Part shown: one piece after another, positions 24,445 through 38,968 of the stretch
Position numbering within the stretch: position 1 is the stretch's first letter
How the letters are laid out: each line of letters begins with the position of its first letter
From: Yuukianura sp. NJ FZ-2021
Taxonomy: Eukaryota
Assembly (NCBI GenBank): GCA_046563655.1
Contig: CM102285.1
Coordinates: 12,028,001-12,092,000, forward strand
Direction of reading: 5' to 3'
Length of the DNA: 64,000 nt
The notes under the pieces: model-generated
Told to the model about the DNA's origin: nothing
Seen by the model: only the letters and a program-made list of their open reading frames with translations
Database searches by the model: none
Translations under genes and position numbers: made by a program

Positions 24445-27400
24445 TTAGGAAATATTGAGAACATCTAGAATTTTGGGGTGACGACGAAGCAAGTCCTTGA
24501 ACTCTTGGAACATGTCCACTGCTGCTCTGTTCCTGTTCAAATATACGAAAATTAGAACAAAACGAAGTGATGTTTTCAAAAAACGTTGATTTTCAAACCT
24601 TCGGAAAAATTTGACAGCAATGTCCATGAGAGGGATAGAATTTGTCCCACATCCGATTTCGTAGAGATGAATACACGTTTCCAGATTGAGTTGACAAGAA
24701 CAGAGTCTTTCAATACACTTGTCCCGGAGACCTCTGATCTCAAGTTCCTCTGCAGCCGAAATCAGTTCCAGAACAAGACCAATGTGGCCTGGACAAATGT
24801 CTTCACCATAAATGAAATTCAGCAGCATCTGAATCGCTTCGACGCTGTAATTCCCAATGTCAATCTCAAGCTTCGATGACATTCCAAAAACTTTTTCAAA
24901 ATGGCTGCTCATTGCTAGACAAACAAAATCAAAGTTAATTAATTCTCACGGAACTGCTAATTTCGGACAAAAAAAAGCACGTATTTCTTACCCGATAGAA
25001 TCACAGCATGAACTGGAGCTCGTAAAATTTTTGTTTTTCGGCCATCAATCACGTTTACAACTGCGTCAGAATCGGCTCCTTGTTGCAATTGTGTCAAAAG
25101 GCGAAGAGTGAAGGGCTCTGTGTTTACTGTCTTGAGGAAAGTCATGTCATACTTGCGATAATGCTGATAGCGGTGGTCAGTAGGTTTCATAACGCGAAAC
25201 GTCGGATGAAGTTGAACAGCTCCAAAGGAAATTCTGACCAGCATTTCACTAACGCCGTCCCAACTGGCCATGACGCTTGGTGTTATAAAAGAATTGACTT
25301 CCCAAAAGTAATGGTTTCCGTCTAGCAGCACTCCTGAGGTAAACATTAAACAAGAGTTCATGACCTTCAGTTTCTATTTTCACAAATGTTCAATTTGCTT
25401 CACCTCTTGTCATATTCGCAGTGATGATTCGTCCTTGAGAATCCAAAAGAGAAACCTTGAGGGTCATGCCAATACTTTCAGCGATCACGGACAAGTAGTC
25501 GCTTCGGCTGATTCCAAGCGACTCACTGTTTCTATCCAGTTCTCGATTCTCTCTCCGGGAATTTTCGCTCAAATCAGAGTTTGAAGTGACACGAAGGCTT
25601 ATGCAATTGGAACTTTTCTTCACCAGTTCGAAAAATCTGAAAGTCAATCAAACAAAAACCAATAAGTTTTAACTTTTTGAACAAAACTTCTAACAGCTAC
25701 ACGTAAGTGAAGCCATTACCAGAATACCAGTTCTGGTAATGGCTTCTTGTAATTTCCAGGACCAAAGTAAAGTTCTTATAGTGGTTTCTGGTAATTTCCA
25801 GAACCAGAAGTCTGGTAATGGCTACAATTCTCACCCCTTCTCAATTTCCAAATTTTGCAAAAGCGAAAACGCTTCATTCCTGCCACTCTTCGGGTCACTC
25901 AGGCAAGCTTCGGCCATGGATTTGCAATAATCTGTTGGAATGACATAGAGGTATCCAGTCCAATTTTCACTTGTCGTCTGGAAATTCAAAATTTCAAAAT
26001 GTGAATCAATTTCGTAGTAATTTCAGTTTCCAAATTAATCAAAAACGAAAAGGTGAAATACTCCAATCAGCTTGACTTCATCTGCTGGAAATTGAACCAA
26101 ATTGAGCACAGTATCGTCAGTGACGGGACAAGTTTTATCGTACAACGAAATCAAAATTCGGTTAAATTCTTCATCAGTTGTAGGACTTGTGATGGCCATC
26201 AAAGCCTTTGAGAATGGAAAGTCGATACATTTGTCTGTGTGTTTCATTCTAAAAACAGAGAAGAAAACAAAATGATAAAAATTACTCAAACTCAAATTAA
26301 TTGAATGCAAGTAATTGAATTAATTGTAATTTAAATAACACTCACATTCGGAAACACTCCACAGCTTTGTCTTTCAAACAAGCAGACTTAAGCATTTCTC
26401 CTAATTTGTAACAAGCTACAAGATGCTTGACATTAGTCACTGGATTGTTGAACATCATAATGATGTCTCGAACGCACTTGTCCTTCAATCCATAAACTTC
26501 CAGCCTATTTCCAACTTCAGCCAAGTTCACAAGAGTTGACAAGTCATTGCAATGAATTTCTCCACTGTAAAGGTAATCGATTAACACAAGAAGCGTAAAA
26601 TGATGAAATCCTTCCAGCACAATCTCCTCCCTTGGCCGAAGATATCCGCCAAGAGAATTGCTTTGAGCTAAAAAAAAATACAAAAACTAAATCAAAATTT
26701 GAAAAGTTTGAAAAATGCTGTTCCAGTATTCTTACCAGCAAGTAAGACGCGATGTGCTGGTAGGATCGTCACATTCTTGCTTTTATCCTGAATTCGAAGT
26801 TTCACATTTGCAAATTTTGTATTGCTGGCCCAACTTCTGAGGAACGAATTGTATTCTTCGTCTCGAACGATTTGGTAAAGTAAATTTCGAAATTTTGAGT
26901 CCAAAGTGTATTGGGCAATTCCATCACTGGAAGGAGCCGTTTCGGGTTGTGACTGCGGTGCCAAACTGTATCCAATGAATTGAATTCGGATCAAAAGGGA
27001 GCCGGTTTTAGTCAGAAGTGATCTTCCAGAAGTCGTCAGAGCATCCAGCGATATGAAGTCTTTGATACGAAAACAGATTCCACCTTTTGATCCACGTTGA
27101 CCTAAGGAACAAAATTTTCGGTAAAAACAAAAAGTAAATTGCAATTTGCAAATTGCAAATCGCTTACAGCATGCCAGTTTTTCTGCTTGCAGAAGATTTC
27201 CGTTGTCATCAACTACTGCAACGCTGAGAGAACTGCCTTTTATGTCACGCAGAATCGGAACAAGGTCTGCTGCTCCTGCTTCACAGTTCAAAACAGACCG
27301 TAAATGCAGCGCTGGAGAATTTCCAAGACGGTAAATAACGAATTTCCTAGCACAACAATAAATTGTGACAATCAGTTATTAAGTTACAGCATTTTTAAAA

Positions 27401-27940
27401 CTAATTGAGTAAGTTACATGGGAAACTCGCAGTCCACGCCCAAATGATTTCCAAAATCATATACGCGTGGTGACGTGTCGTCTTTCCCGTCAGACGCTGG
27501 AGATCGGTAAAACAATTCAAAAACACTGGAAGGTGGGATCTCGAAAACTAGCAGGAACTTGTGAGTGTCAAATCCCTGGAAAACAAAAACAATGAAAAAA
27601 ATTATAACTTTCAAATTAATTAGTCTACTTGTGTTGTTGAAATTAACTTACGCCAATAATTCGAAATGGATTGATGACATTGACTGGTGTGTCGACTACC
27701 ACAGGCGTCTCTAGCTTCTCGTACAACTTCACAGGGTGACTTGGTATTCCCAAGATGGATGCCAATCTTAGCTTGCCTGGACGAACCCTCAAGTCATCCG
27801 ACGCCATGTCACTGTTGAGGTCCACTCCAGATACACTTGGCTAAACTTAAAGTAAACTGTTAAAAACTTAGAAATTGCAAAGATTATGGAAATTATACCT
27901 TTCGTATCGCCGCGTTAATCGTTTTAAAATCAACAACCAT
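24445..27940 (-). CDS. Protein with two BTB/POZ domains, each preceded by a divergent MATH-like region (SPOP-like, duplicated)
   Basis: BTB1: ANVKLRIQ..ILPAHRVLLA..LIDYLYSGEI..LEVYGLKDKC. BTB2: SDAVVNV..APVHAVILS..SSHFEKVF..LLNFIYG..AAEELEIRGLRDKC. The linking exons appear to read through without a stop. Confidence 0.75.
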
Positions 27941-28186
27941 TTCAACAAATTGGGGAACTTTTAAAACATGACAACTAAACAATCGAATTTTAAAGTATTG
28001 CTGAATGTTTCCAAAGTATTCAAATACCATTTCATGCCAGCTTCCTTCTTTCGGAATTAGTTTAATTCACAATTGAATTAACTCGGGAGCAAAATTGTTG
28101 AGGAGTAAATGATTGGTGTCACTTGTGATATTTGACAGAATATTTAAACGTAGCATGGACATGATGAATTAGAATTAGTATGTTTA

Positions 28187-29912
28187 TCATTTCGATTTAC
28201 GGGAGAAGAAGTTCATGATAGCGTTCATACAGTCTTCTGATTGCCATCTTTCCAGTAGCCGATCACATTCGGCCTTGTTCACTTCATGAAGTAAAGCACG
28301 CTCTCTGCCTCGAACCAAGTCTTTGCCGTAGACAATGGACTGAAACGGAAAAAGAAAAAAGAATCATTGATTTTCAGAAACGGGGGTCTAATCCCAGAGA
28401 ATTTTTAGAAGGACGATTGAAAATACTTACCTTAACTGGAAACTTTGCAATTTGGTGTACTTTGTTCCAAGCTTCTACCTCAAACCGATCTTGCGGAATT
28501 ACTTCGCTAACGAGTCCCCAGTCTCTCGCTTGGCCAGCAGTAATTTTGCTGTTGAAGAAGAGAAGTTCACTTGCCTAAAGTGGAAAATGGAAAATGATGG
28601 TGTCGAAAGTAATAAGAGGTGACAAAAAAATTGATTGCATATTTTTACCTTGGCGTAACCCATGATCCTCGGGAAGGTATAAGAAGAGCAGCCTTCTGGA
28701 CTCTGTCCAAGAGCACTGAACGGAGTATGAAACGTTGCCTAGAAATAAACCCAGTCCTGGTGATGAAATATAACTGTCCTAAAATTTTGGAAAAAGCTAA
28801 CAGCTATCCACTGTGGGAATGAAATAAGCTTTGAAAAAAGTTCTTACAGAATCAGAAGCATACACAGCATCGCAGAGTCCTAGAACAGTCACAGCGATTC
28901 CAATTGCAGGTCCATGAATAAGCGCCACAATTGGTTTGCGACAATTGATATATGCAGCGACGTAACGCCTGTATAGTAAAGTTAGAGATATTCCAGTTAG
29001 TAAGCACGGTAAACTTTTGTTTCTAAAAACGCTTTAGCTTGGCTTACTGTAACCGAGTGTGTGCTTGTTCTGCAGTCGCTTTGACATCCGTTACTTTTGT
29101 GAAGTTGGCCAAATCATTGCCACTGCAGAACAATTTCCCGGAGCCGGCAAGAACGACGACATTTGTAGAAGCATCCTCGTTGGCAGCGTCAAGTGCTTGA
29201 GCAATTCCGTCATACATCTACGCAGATAAAAAATGTAATATATACTGCAGTGAATTGTAATGATTGATCTTTCAATCTCGTATAGACACTTACCTCAGGG
29301 GTCAAGGCATTGAATTTATCTGGACGGTTTAAAAATATTGTCCTAACTCCATCTTTGACAGTTATCTTTAATCCATCAGCAGAATCAATCTTCTTTTCTT
29401 CTCCTTTAGCACCGGATGCTCCAACTAGTTCATCCACAAACTTGATGTACTCCTTTTGAGCCTCTTCCTAAATAGAAATTCGTCGTGTTATACTATTAAT
29501 CGATGACGGAATTTTAACTTATTCGGAATTTACTTTGCTCATGTCTCCCAACGCATTCCATGCATCCCATTTAGCCTTCTTGACCAATTCCATTAAACCG
29601 GGACGAGACGTCGTATTTTGTCCAACCGTCGCTTGCTTATACAGTGCATAAAGCTTCAATTTTTGCTGATTATCCGTTTCCGAAACACCTTTAAGTCGTT
29701 CCACGGCAGAATCGAAGGCCGACGAATACATTCGAGCAAACACAGACGTTGTTCCAGCTCCAGTAAACCGGGTACATGTTGCACTATGTCATAAAACCAA
29801 GAACATGATTACTTTTCAGTCTTACATCTTTCTTCCTGTTGATAGGAAAACGGATTTACCCGAGTGCCGGTATTCGTCTAAGACAAGCGATTGACAGCGT
29901 TACTTGAGACAT
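28187..29912 (-). CDS. ECI2: Enoyl-CoA delta isomerase 2 (acyl-CoA-binding domain plus crotonase domain)
   Basis: ACBP motif [85 protein letters not shown]; basic N-terminal presequence. Confidence 0.93.
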
Positions 29913-31338
29913 ATTTTGGAAGTAGTTACTCTCACCAGTTACACGTTGACAGTGACACGACGATGCTAATCAACAACCTCGTTTTATTATGCGAATGTGG
30001 ATTGTGAAAGTTAGTAACAAAACGATTAAATTGATCTCGTGACAAACAAAACTCCTGTTGTGGAAAAGATATTTTGAGATTGTCAAACTTTGGACTTGAG
30101 GAATTGGACTTTGACCCTCGACTTATGAAGCCGATAAGCTCAATCTTGAAACCCAACTTCAAATACTAATACGAAAGCTAATTAAAATTCAGGAGTAATT
30201 TGAGTGACATGACCTTTGCGAAATTCCATAAAACTCATCTGTTGTCCCATTTTATCCAGCACTAAAGAATTTAGTGCATGGATTTTCCAAATTCCAAGCG
30301 TGTTAATTTTTTATTAAAAAAAACTGAAAATTAATTTCAAAATGTTCAACTCCCACCACATGTAAAATGCATCCCACGTGACAAGCTCATTTGCATTAAT
30401 CCTTTGTTATTATGACAGGACACACCAACAAACAGGTGATCGATGACTCACTGCTGATTTCTAGAGTCTTCCGTTTTGATTTCTACGCTGTTTACAGTTA
30501 ATAATTACACAGTTTCCAGTTTTTAATTAATTAACTTCTTTCGCATCTTCAGCTGACGAAGTTTCAGTATCTGTCCTATCCAGTTAAATTTGAAGAAGAA
30601 TCGATACTCAGCATTCAACGACCTGCACCATATCAAATCGTGTGGTGATTCTCTTCCGCACGTTCGTCAATCCTCAGTTTGTGCTCGCGGTCATCTCGTT
30701 GTCGTTAGCAGTTACTGAACGTTAATATGTAAGTCTTTGACAGTTGATCGTTGACATCGTTATTCTTGTTGTTTCGGGTGCTAGATATGCAGAAACACAG
30801 GTATTGCTGGAAACTTGCAAAAACTGGCTGGAGCGAATACTGTTGTACAAAAAAAATTACAAATAGTGGTGCACAACTAGCTAGTGTGATTGATTTCAAA
30901 TGCAAAGATTAAACCGGAAGTTAACTATAGGGAGTTAGGTCGTATCCGGGATGTGAAGTGCTTTTATACTAAGAATAAAATGACGTCAGGATATCAAGGT
31001 CATTTGTGAAAACCCAAAGTCATATCCCTTCTAATTGTAATGATGTTTCCATATTTGAACATTCATTTACACATTAGTGTATTTCTATCACCGCTTATTG
31101 CAACGCGACACATGAGGCATCTTCTTCATTAGAACCGCAAAACCAGTTTACAATTCTATCGCTCATTTGCAATCTTGTCTTTTTCCAGGTTGTTGCAAAA
31201 AAAAATTAACATTATGTAATATCTTGCGCCGTTTGTATAAACCAAAGAACCAAACTAACCAGTGTCAAAATTGTACCTCAACCAATGTAATTTCCTTCTA
31301 TCATCTATTTCATTTCAGCTCTTGCAAGTTCGAGGACG

Positions 31339-32957
31339 ATGATGCCTAGCAGTAGTAGAAGGAGTAGTTTCGGCAGCCGAAATGGTAGCGTCGCCAGTGC
31401 TTTACGACGCAGTATCAACAGTAGAAATGGAACTGCAGACAGGCAAGACCAAACTAATGGCAGCCACGGAGATGGAATAATGACAGTACCTGTTGTAGGA
31501 TATGAAGTTAAGGAGGAAACTGGTCGATTTACGGTAAGGAAGAGCACGGATTTATTATGAAAAGATGAAAGTACTATAGACCCTAGACACTAATAAGAAT
31601 CTGTTGTGTGAATTTTAGGTTTTTAAGCTACAAGTTACAAACGAGGAATTGTGCGAAAGCTGGCTTGTGTTCCGTCGATATACGGATTTTGAACGGCTTG
31701 CTGCGAAGGTAAATATTGTTCTTGCACTTGACTTTACTGAATCTTATTTGTCCATAACACAATCGTCTTCCCCAAATTTCAGCTGAAAGAAGACTACCCG
31801 CTGTTACCAATTCTCAGTCTTCCTCCAAAGCGTTGGCTTAAAAACAACTTTGATACGACTTTCCTTGAAGATCGAATGAAAGGAATCCAGGCATTTGTGG
31901 ACAATATTTTAATTCAGCATAAACTGGCTACAAATCATACTGTTCGAACGTTCTTTTGCCTTGACGAACCGCCAGTATATCCAGAAAATGCGGAAGAATC
32001 TAGGGTAAGGCGAAATATTTCTACGTATCTTCGCTTGTTTTATCATTGACTGAGATCTCACACATTTGTAAATTCATCATTCATCGTCATTATATTTAGG
32101 CAATTTTCGGGACGCTGGAAGAAGACATTTTGCAACTGAGGGATGATCTAAATAAACGTGATAAGGAAATTCGTGTGCTAAAACAGGAATTGGAACTTTA
32201 CAAACTCCGGAATGAGACTTTAACGAAAATGAACAGGTAAAATGTAACATCACTGACATTGTATACTAAATACTACTAAGTATTTTAAAATGAAACCATC
32301 ACCATAATGTGCTGTTCGTTTTTCAGTCGTCGTGTTTGTCGATCATGCAACACAAAACTGTCCAGCACGACTCTTTCATTCGGTCCGAGGACTTTTGTGG
32401 ATGGACTGCCCATTCCAATTCAGTCAAGTACCCCTAACCCCAGGAACGGACATTTTTTCAGGATCAGGAACAAAAGTGCCGGAAATGAAACTTTAAGCGT
32501 GCCTCCCTCTCCTGAGAGAAGATTTAGTTTGAAGATGGCAGAACGCGACTTAGCAACTACAGAACCCTTAGCAGCAGCAGTAGCAGCATCATACGAGACT
32601 GAATCACAAGTGCCATTATCCAGCGAAATGGATACTCCTGTCGAAACACTTTTAAAGGCGGAACACGAACAAGACTTACCAGCTTCCAGACCAATATTGG
32701 ACAATCATAAGGATTTAGATGCGGAAGATGGGATTGACAACAACGGGAATGGAAGTGAAGTCTTCATGGCATCTCCATTTGAAATTTTAAGTCCTACTGC
32801 CTCTACTCCCGTCAGTGCCTCAGATGGAACCAATCGAAATTCTAGCTTTGAACTCCTGTCTTCTTCGTGCCCAGAATCTGAATCTCCTAGCGACGACAAT
32901 CACAACAAAATCCCAACTGCTGCTCATCCGAAAACCACGATTGCTCCGGAAGACTGA
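31339..32957 (+). CDS. SNX16: Sorting nexin 16 (PX domain plus coiled coil)
   Basis: PVVGYEVKEETGRFTVFKLQV..WLVFRRYTDFERL..LSLPPKRWLKNNFDTTFLEDR..FFCLDEPP..EESRAIFGTLEE. Confidence 0.9.
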
Positions 32958-34405
32958 TACCCGTTGTATTGTTCGGCCTGTTCAACTTGATACTTGTGGC
33001 AGTGGAAACTTAAACTCAACATATTTACAACACTTTGCAGCGATTATGATTGGTTATACCTTTTGTAAAGTCTTTACCCTGGGTATGTTTTAAGACTTAA
33101 AACCAAAACTGAAAATTCTGAAAGCGAGTCCCGATTTTGTCTTATAGTAATTTCAATTTCTTTTGATTTAGCATTGAACTTTTTTTTTTGGATTTCGAAT
33201 GTGATATCCCAGCTAAAAGTCTCTCGTTTACTTAAAATTAGGCCAGTTCTTTACTTTTCTACAACCAACATTTTAAAGCAGCATTCTAAAAATTAGTTCA
33301 AATTGAAAGTAATCCAGTTTTTTTCCCATATGTTAGTAAATTTTGAAGTATTATTTTTTCATTCCGCGACGCTTTGGAGTTAGCAAGAGCTGGAATATTA
33401 CAGAACGTATTGAATTTCTACTTTATAAGAATACGAAATATTACAAAACTGTACTTCGAGGCCTCCTAATTCACTTAATTTTGATTGCAATTTAGTTACT
33501 AAAGTACAGTAAGGTACAAAATAAATTGAAACACGTTGTGCAATTTTTTTTCTTCACCTCCAAGGTAAAAATTTCGATTCTTTTACAATTTTTTTTCCTT
33601 CTTGAGTGAAGCGTGCAATTTTTTTTGGTTAACTTGAATATTCTGAAGAACTCGTAGAACAAATTTGTCAAATGGGAAGTCCATTGTTAGCAGTTTTAGC
33701 GCTTGCGTTTGGTAAATTTGGATGTGCAAAATGCTCATTGAAGTAGAAGTTGAAGGATTTTGATCAAGTATGGCAAAAAACGGAACTTCGCATGACGTAA
33801 GTTTGCCACCTACTACTAGTACTCCCTCTTAAACTCCAGCGTCAACCACGCTCGTCTGCCTCAAACTGTACTTTCCGTACCGGAAAAAGTAGAACTGAGA
33901 ATGAGACATGCCTGGTAAAAGTTTCATCAGAAACAAACTCCAACGGTGGTGGTGCAAAATCGGATGTTAAATTCAGTTATCCACGCTCTATCATTTTCAT
34001 TCAATCTTCAGCATCGAACGAAGTAACAACTAAAACTAACTCACTTTTCAGTGCTTGTGCTAAAAACTTACTTAACCACTTCTTTACTACACTAAATTGA
34101 TCATATTTTGAAATTAGACTCACGTTGTTACCACTGAAGCAGTCAATTGTCATCAATTCCAACAATCAGCGTCACCGATTCTAAGAAAGCTTTTCTCAAC
34201 CAAGTTAACAAACAAATTCTTCACTTTTCGGTTTGTATCTTGTTTAAGTGAAAGTTAGTTTTTAACTAAAAAGTGAAATCAAACTTATTTTTTGCAAAGT
34301 GTTTCAACGTGTCATGAGAGTCACCAACTACAGAAAGAAAGAGGTCAACATTTGGTCACCTTCACAGCAAGCACTGAACAGTCATCCACTAATCACTATT
34401 CAGCA

Positions 34406-37400
34406 ATGGTTCAAAATGCTGCTGAATGCTGTAAACAAGGTAAGCTTAAGATCGCTGGAAGTTTAAAACTAAAACTTTGCTGTTCATTTTAATGTTTCAA
34501 GGTTTGCGTTTTTACTAAATGGCTTTCCTATTAAAGTTAACCCAAATACAAACATCTTCGTAGTAAAGTAATGCATTAAGTTAGGGTGTAGTTCGATGTA
34601 ATTGCAAAGGGAATTGAAAATGTGCGAGGAGAAAGTTAACTTTCTCTTCTCATTTGTCTTTGTCAACTTTACATTTAATCCCCTAGCTAGCAGCTAACGT
34701 TCATTTTATTTGGAGTACTTGTCACTTTTGAATTGATTTTAAGCGACAAGGGACATGAATAGATAGAAATTAGAAAGAGACAGATTCAGTAAGTTTTCGC
34801 AAAACTGAATGCAAGAGACGGTGAAAGTAAGAGACAAGAGAGGAAAAAGCAATCGATTGTTCTCATGAGCTCAGGGAATTCAGTTGACGGCTGTACTGCT
34901 GCTAGTCATGGTGGCAGCTCAAATCATGCAAATTCTTTGAATTTCCGGAGTTCCATGCTGACAGCAGCTTTAGAACTAATGCAGATCCGAGAACATGTCA
35001 AAGTATTAACGTCAAGTCTGAAAATGCAGAAAACTTGTTTCCCTTTTCAAAGTCCCAGTTCATGCATACAGAATAAAGTTTAACGGAGATCCTCTCCGAC
35101 CAAGGTCAAAGGTCACAAGAGAAAATTTCACTTTCACTAGACTTTCCCTCAGGACTGACTGCAATAGTCTATTCCCTTGGATTATGATTCTCATTTCCAA
35201 TGCCAAGAGTTAAAAACTAGAAACTACGTAGGTAGGCAAGTTAAGTAAAAAAGTGAGAGAACGCGTCCAATTTGGTGGAGCAAATTAATCAAGACTTAGC
35301 AGATTTAATTTCCAAAAGTATATTTATAAAGTATTTAGTATAAAGTATAAAGTATTAAGTATAAAGTCGTTCCCCGATTAATTTCCGAAGTAATTGAGCA
35401 ATTTTTCCCAGTTGCTTAATTTTTTATTCCTGGGAGACTAGGTTAAGTAGTTGTTTCCCCCTTGCATAGGTAGTCGTGTGGTGACAACTGAATCTATTAT
35501 GTAGGAGATGAAGAGATGATGGAAGTCGATGAAGATGATAGAATTTGATTCGGCAGAAATAATTTTGAAAAGATTTTCGCAAGATGCATTTTCATTTGCA
35601 TCATTTCATAATCAATGTAAAAGTCAGCTTTGCTGTATTCGGACGGACGGTATAATCAACAAACTGACGAATTAATAAGTTAATCAGTCGAGAATGGGTA
35701 GAAATTTCGAATGCCGTTTATGCACTTTTTTCAGTAACGTTTCTAAATGCTTTGAAATTTGACCTCTGACCTTTTGACCTCAGGGAAGGAAGTCAACGGA
35801 AGCAGGAAGAGACTTGATGTTGCGGAAGATGGGGCTGGAACTGTGGAACGCCGTGGCCTGGAGCGGACGTTCTCAATTCCAGCTGACGCTGTTCACCTCA
35901 AGAGACGGGTGGGACTCTTCAGTGGGGTGGCTCTGATTGCAGGCGTCATGATTGGTATGGCCCCACCAAAAATACATTTTCAATTAATCAATCTCCAGTA
36001 ATTAATTTTGACATGAACATTTGTTAAGGGAGTGGGATATTCGTATCCCCGGCGGATGTGCTGGAGAGAACAGGATCCGTGGGCATGAGTCTCGTGGTTT
36101 GGGCTGGCTGCGGAGTTTTAGCGATGCTTGGTAAGCGATACTGCGAAATTTTCAGCTAAATCCAATTAGGATAGTGATGACCTCTGACATTTGGCGCAAA
36201 GGAGAAGGAATTCGATTAAGATAGATTGCATCTCGTGTCGATCCAGCTTAAGCCCCAATGTGCCCAATCACGTCACGAATCCCAGACGCTGGAGACTCCA
36301 CGACGTTCCAGAGCTGCCCCAGTTGCACCAATAATTCATCATCTTCATGGATTTTGAAACTGAAATGTCTACCCTGAAATTTGTTCAGTTAATTAACGTT
36401 TCACAATCTGATTGAATTTTGATTCCACTTTTTCGGATCCCTGTTTCTCAGGAGCGCTAGCCTATGCTGAACTGGGCACGATGAATCCAAGTTCTGGAGC
36501 GGAGTATGCCTATTTCTCGGATGCTTTCGGAACTGTTCCAGCATTTTTGTTTTCGTGGGTATCGACGCTTGTGCTCAAACCTTCACAACTGGCAATCATT
36601 TGCCTCACATTTGCCAAATATTCTCTGGAAGCTTTCATTGACGGAACAGCACCACAAATTTCTATCAAGCTCGTCACGGCTGCAACAATCGGTAAAAATT
36701 AACGCTTGGATGCTGTGCTGATGTTCATGACCTTTGACCTGACCTGTCTTTTTTGTGTTTCTCCAGCACTGCTTCTATTTATCAACTGCTACAGCGTAGA
36801 TCTAGCCACTGGAGTCCAGAATGTGTTTGCTGCTGCCAAATTTTTGGCAATATTGGTCATTTGTATGGGTGGAATTTACAAATTCATTGAAGGAAATCCA
36901 GCAACTGAGAACATGGGATTCGCTGGTACAACTGCCAGTGTTGGCCAAATTGCAACAGCATTCTACTCATGTCTGTGGAGCTACGATGGATGGTAAGTTA
37001 GATTCGTTTTTTAATCAAAAAGAAATTGTAACTGATCAGTTTTCGAAAAGTTGAAAATGAAATTTTTGCTTTCAAAATTTCAGGAACAACTTGAACTATG
37101 CAACAGAGGAAATTAAAGATCCAAACAAGTAAGTAGAAGAAAGTAAAAAGAAAATTTTGAGTGTTTTTTTTTGAAATTTCGTTTCCTTTTTAGAAATCTT
37201 CCGCGTTCAATCATAATTGGTATTCCACTGGTCACCATTTGCTACTGTTTGATCAATGTCGCCTACCTGTTCGTCCTCACTCCTGAAGAGATGATTTCTT
37301 CACCAGCAGTAGCCTACGTAAGTACACTTCAAAATTTTCAAAAAATTGACTCTTTTTACCAAGATCCACTTTTGTTACAACTGCCTTTCACTTTCTCCAC

Positions 37401-38583
37401 TTTCACTTTGAATTGAAAAGTAATTGAATGTTGTAGACATTTGGACAACGAGTTTTGGGCAGTTTTGCTTGGATTATTCCCCTAAGTGTTGCTGTTAGCA
37501 CTTTCGGAGCAGCCAATGGAACATTATTTGCCGCTGGACGGTACGTTGTTGAAATCAAATCAAAATTTAAAAAAAATTCAATTTCATAAATTCAACTTCA
37601 ACTCGCCTCTTCTTCTATTGAATCAGTTCTCGTTTTTGTTGAAATTTTAGATTATGTTTTGCTACAAGTAGGGAGGGGCAATTTACTGACATTTTGTCCT
37701 ACATTCACGTCCGACGCTTCACTCCCGTACCGGCGCTTGTCTTTCACGTTAGTCTATTTTCAAAAAGTTTCAAAAATGAAAATTTAAGTTTTAGATTCAA
37801 AAACTTTGTGTGTAAAATTTGTATTGTTCAAATTTTCAGGCAATAATTGCTATCATCATGGTTCTAACTGGAAACATCGAGTCCCTCATCGATTTCTTCA
37901 GTTTCACTGCTTGGATTTTTTATGGTGCTGCCATGTTGGCAGTGATTGTACAAAGATTTACGAGGCCAAATGTACCACGCCCTTACAAGGTACTTCCATT
38001 AACTGTTCTAGGTCAAGTGTCAACATGGATTTGCTTTTTCGCAAGATATTTGCAATTACGATTTCGCAATTTCTCAAATTGGCAAACCCTGTTCTCTGTG
38101 ACCTTCCAGGTACCTATAGTTGCTCCAGCGTTTGTTCTTCTAGTGTCTCTGTACCTCGTATTCGCTCCAATCATCGAAAATCCACAACTGGAGTACTTGT
38201 ATGCTACTCTCTTCATCATTGGTGGTAAAATCATAGTTTTTAACAAAATTACACAAATTAAAAAAAAATTAAATCAGATTTATTACGAGTTTTTTATTGT
38301 ATTTGTAAAAAGTTGCAAAAATTTTGCAGGGCTCATCTTCTACGTCCCGTTCGTCCACTATGGATACACAGTGAAGTGCATGGGTGAGTATTTAGCAAAA
38401 CCAAAATCAGTTTTTTAATTTTAGTTAAAATTTAACATATTAAAATTCAAGCTAAAACTCAAAACATAGGCAACCAGAAATACTCCAAAATCTTTTCTTT
38501 TAGAAAACGTGACTATTTTCCTACAAAAAATTTTTCAAGTGGCAGCTACCGAAGTAATGGAAGAAGAACGACATTTTCTCTGA
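34406..38583 (+). CDS. SLC7 light-chain amino acid transporter (b(0,+)AT/LAT family), paralog 1
   Basis: [92 protein letters not shown]. First coding exon tentative. Confidence 0.92.
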
Positions 38584-38968
38584 GCTTATCCAACCTGAGC
38601 TGGTTTTCAGAAGATGCCAAACTGTAGATTCAAATTGTATCAAAAACATTCAAAACAACGTTGAACATATCGCACAAGCGATATCCAGCATATCGTAATA
38701 TCGAAACATTTCCAGAAAGTATTTTTAGAAGCTTTCAAGTTTTAGAACAAAATATTCTTGAACTTTGATCTTTTACTTATAAAAAAAATTGCTCAAGTAT
38801 CAAATCTTCTTTCTCCATTTAAAAAGCATTCTTTTGCGCTTTCCTGTTCTAATTTAAGTGTTAAATTGTTTCGTAATTGTATATTACAGAATAAATCAGT
38901 TAATTAGTTTCGATTTTTTTTTTCAAATTCTGAACAACTCAAAATTTTACTTTTCAAATGGATTGATT

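Noticed and set aside
34865..35083. 72-aa ORF in the SLC7 first intron as an alternative first exon
   Set aside because: Could not identify a convincing in-phase donor
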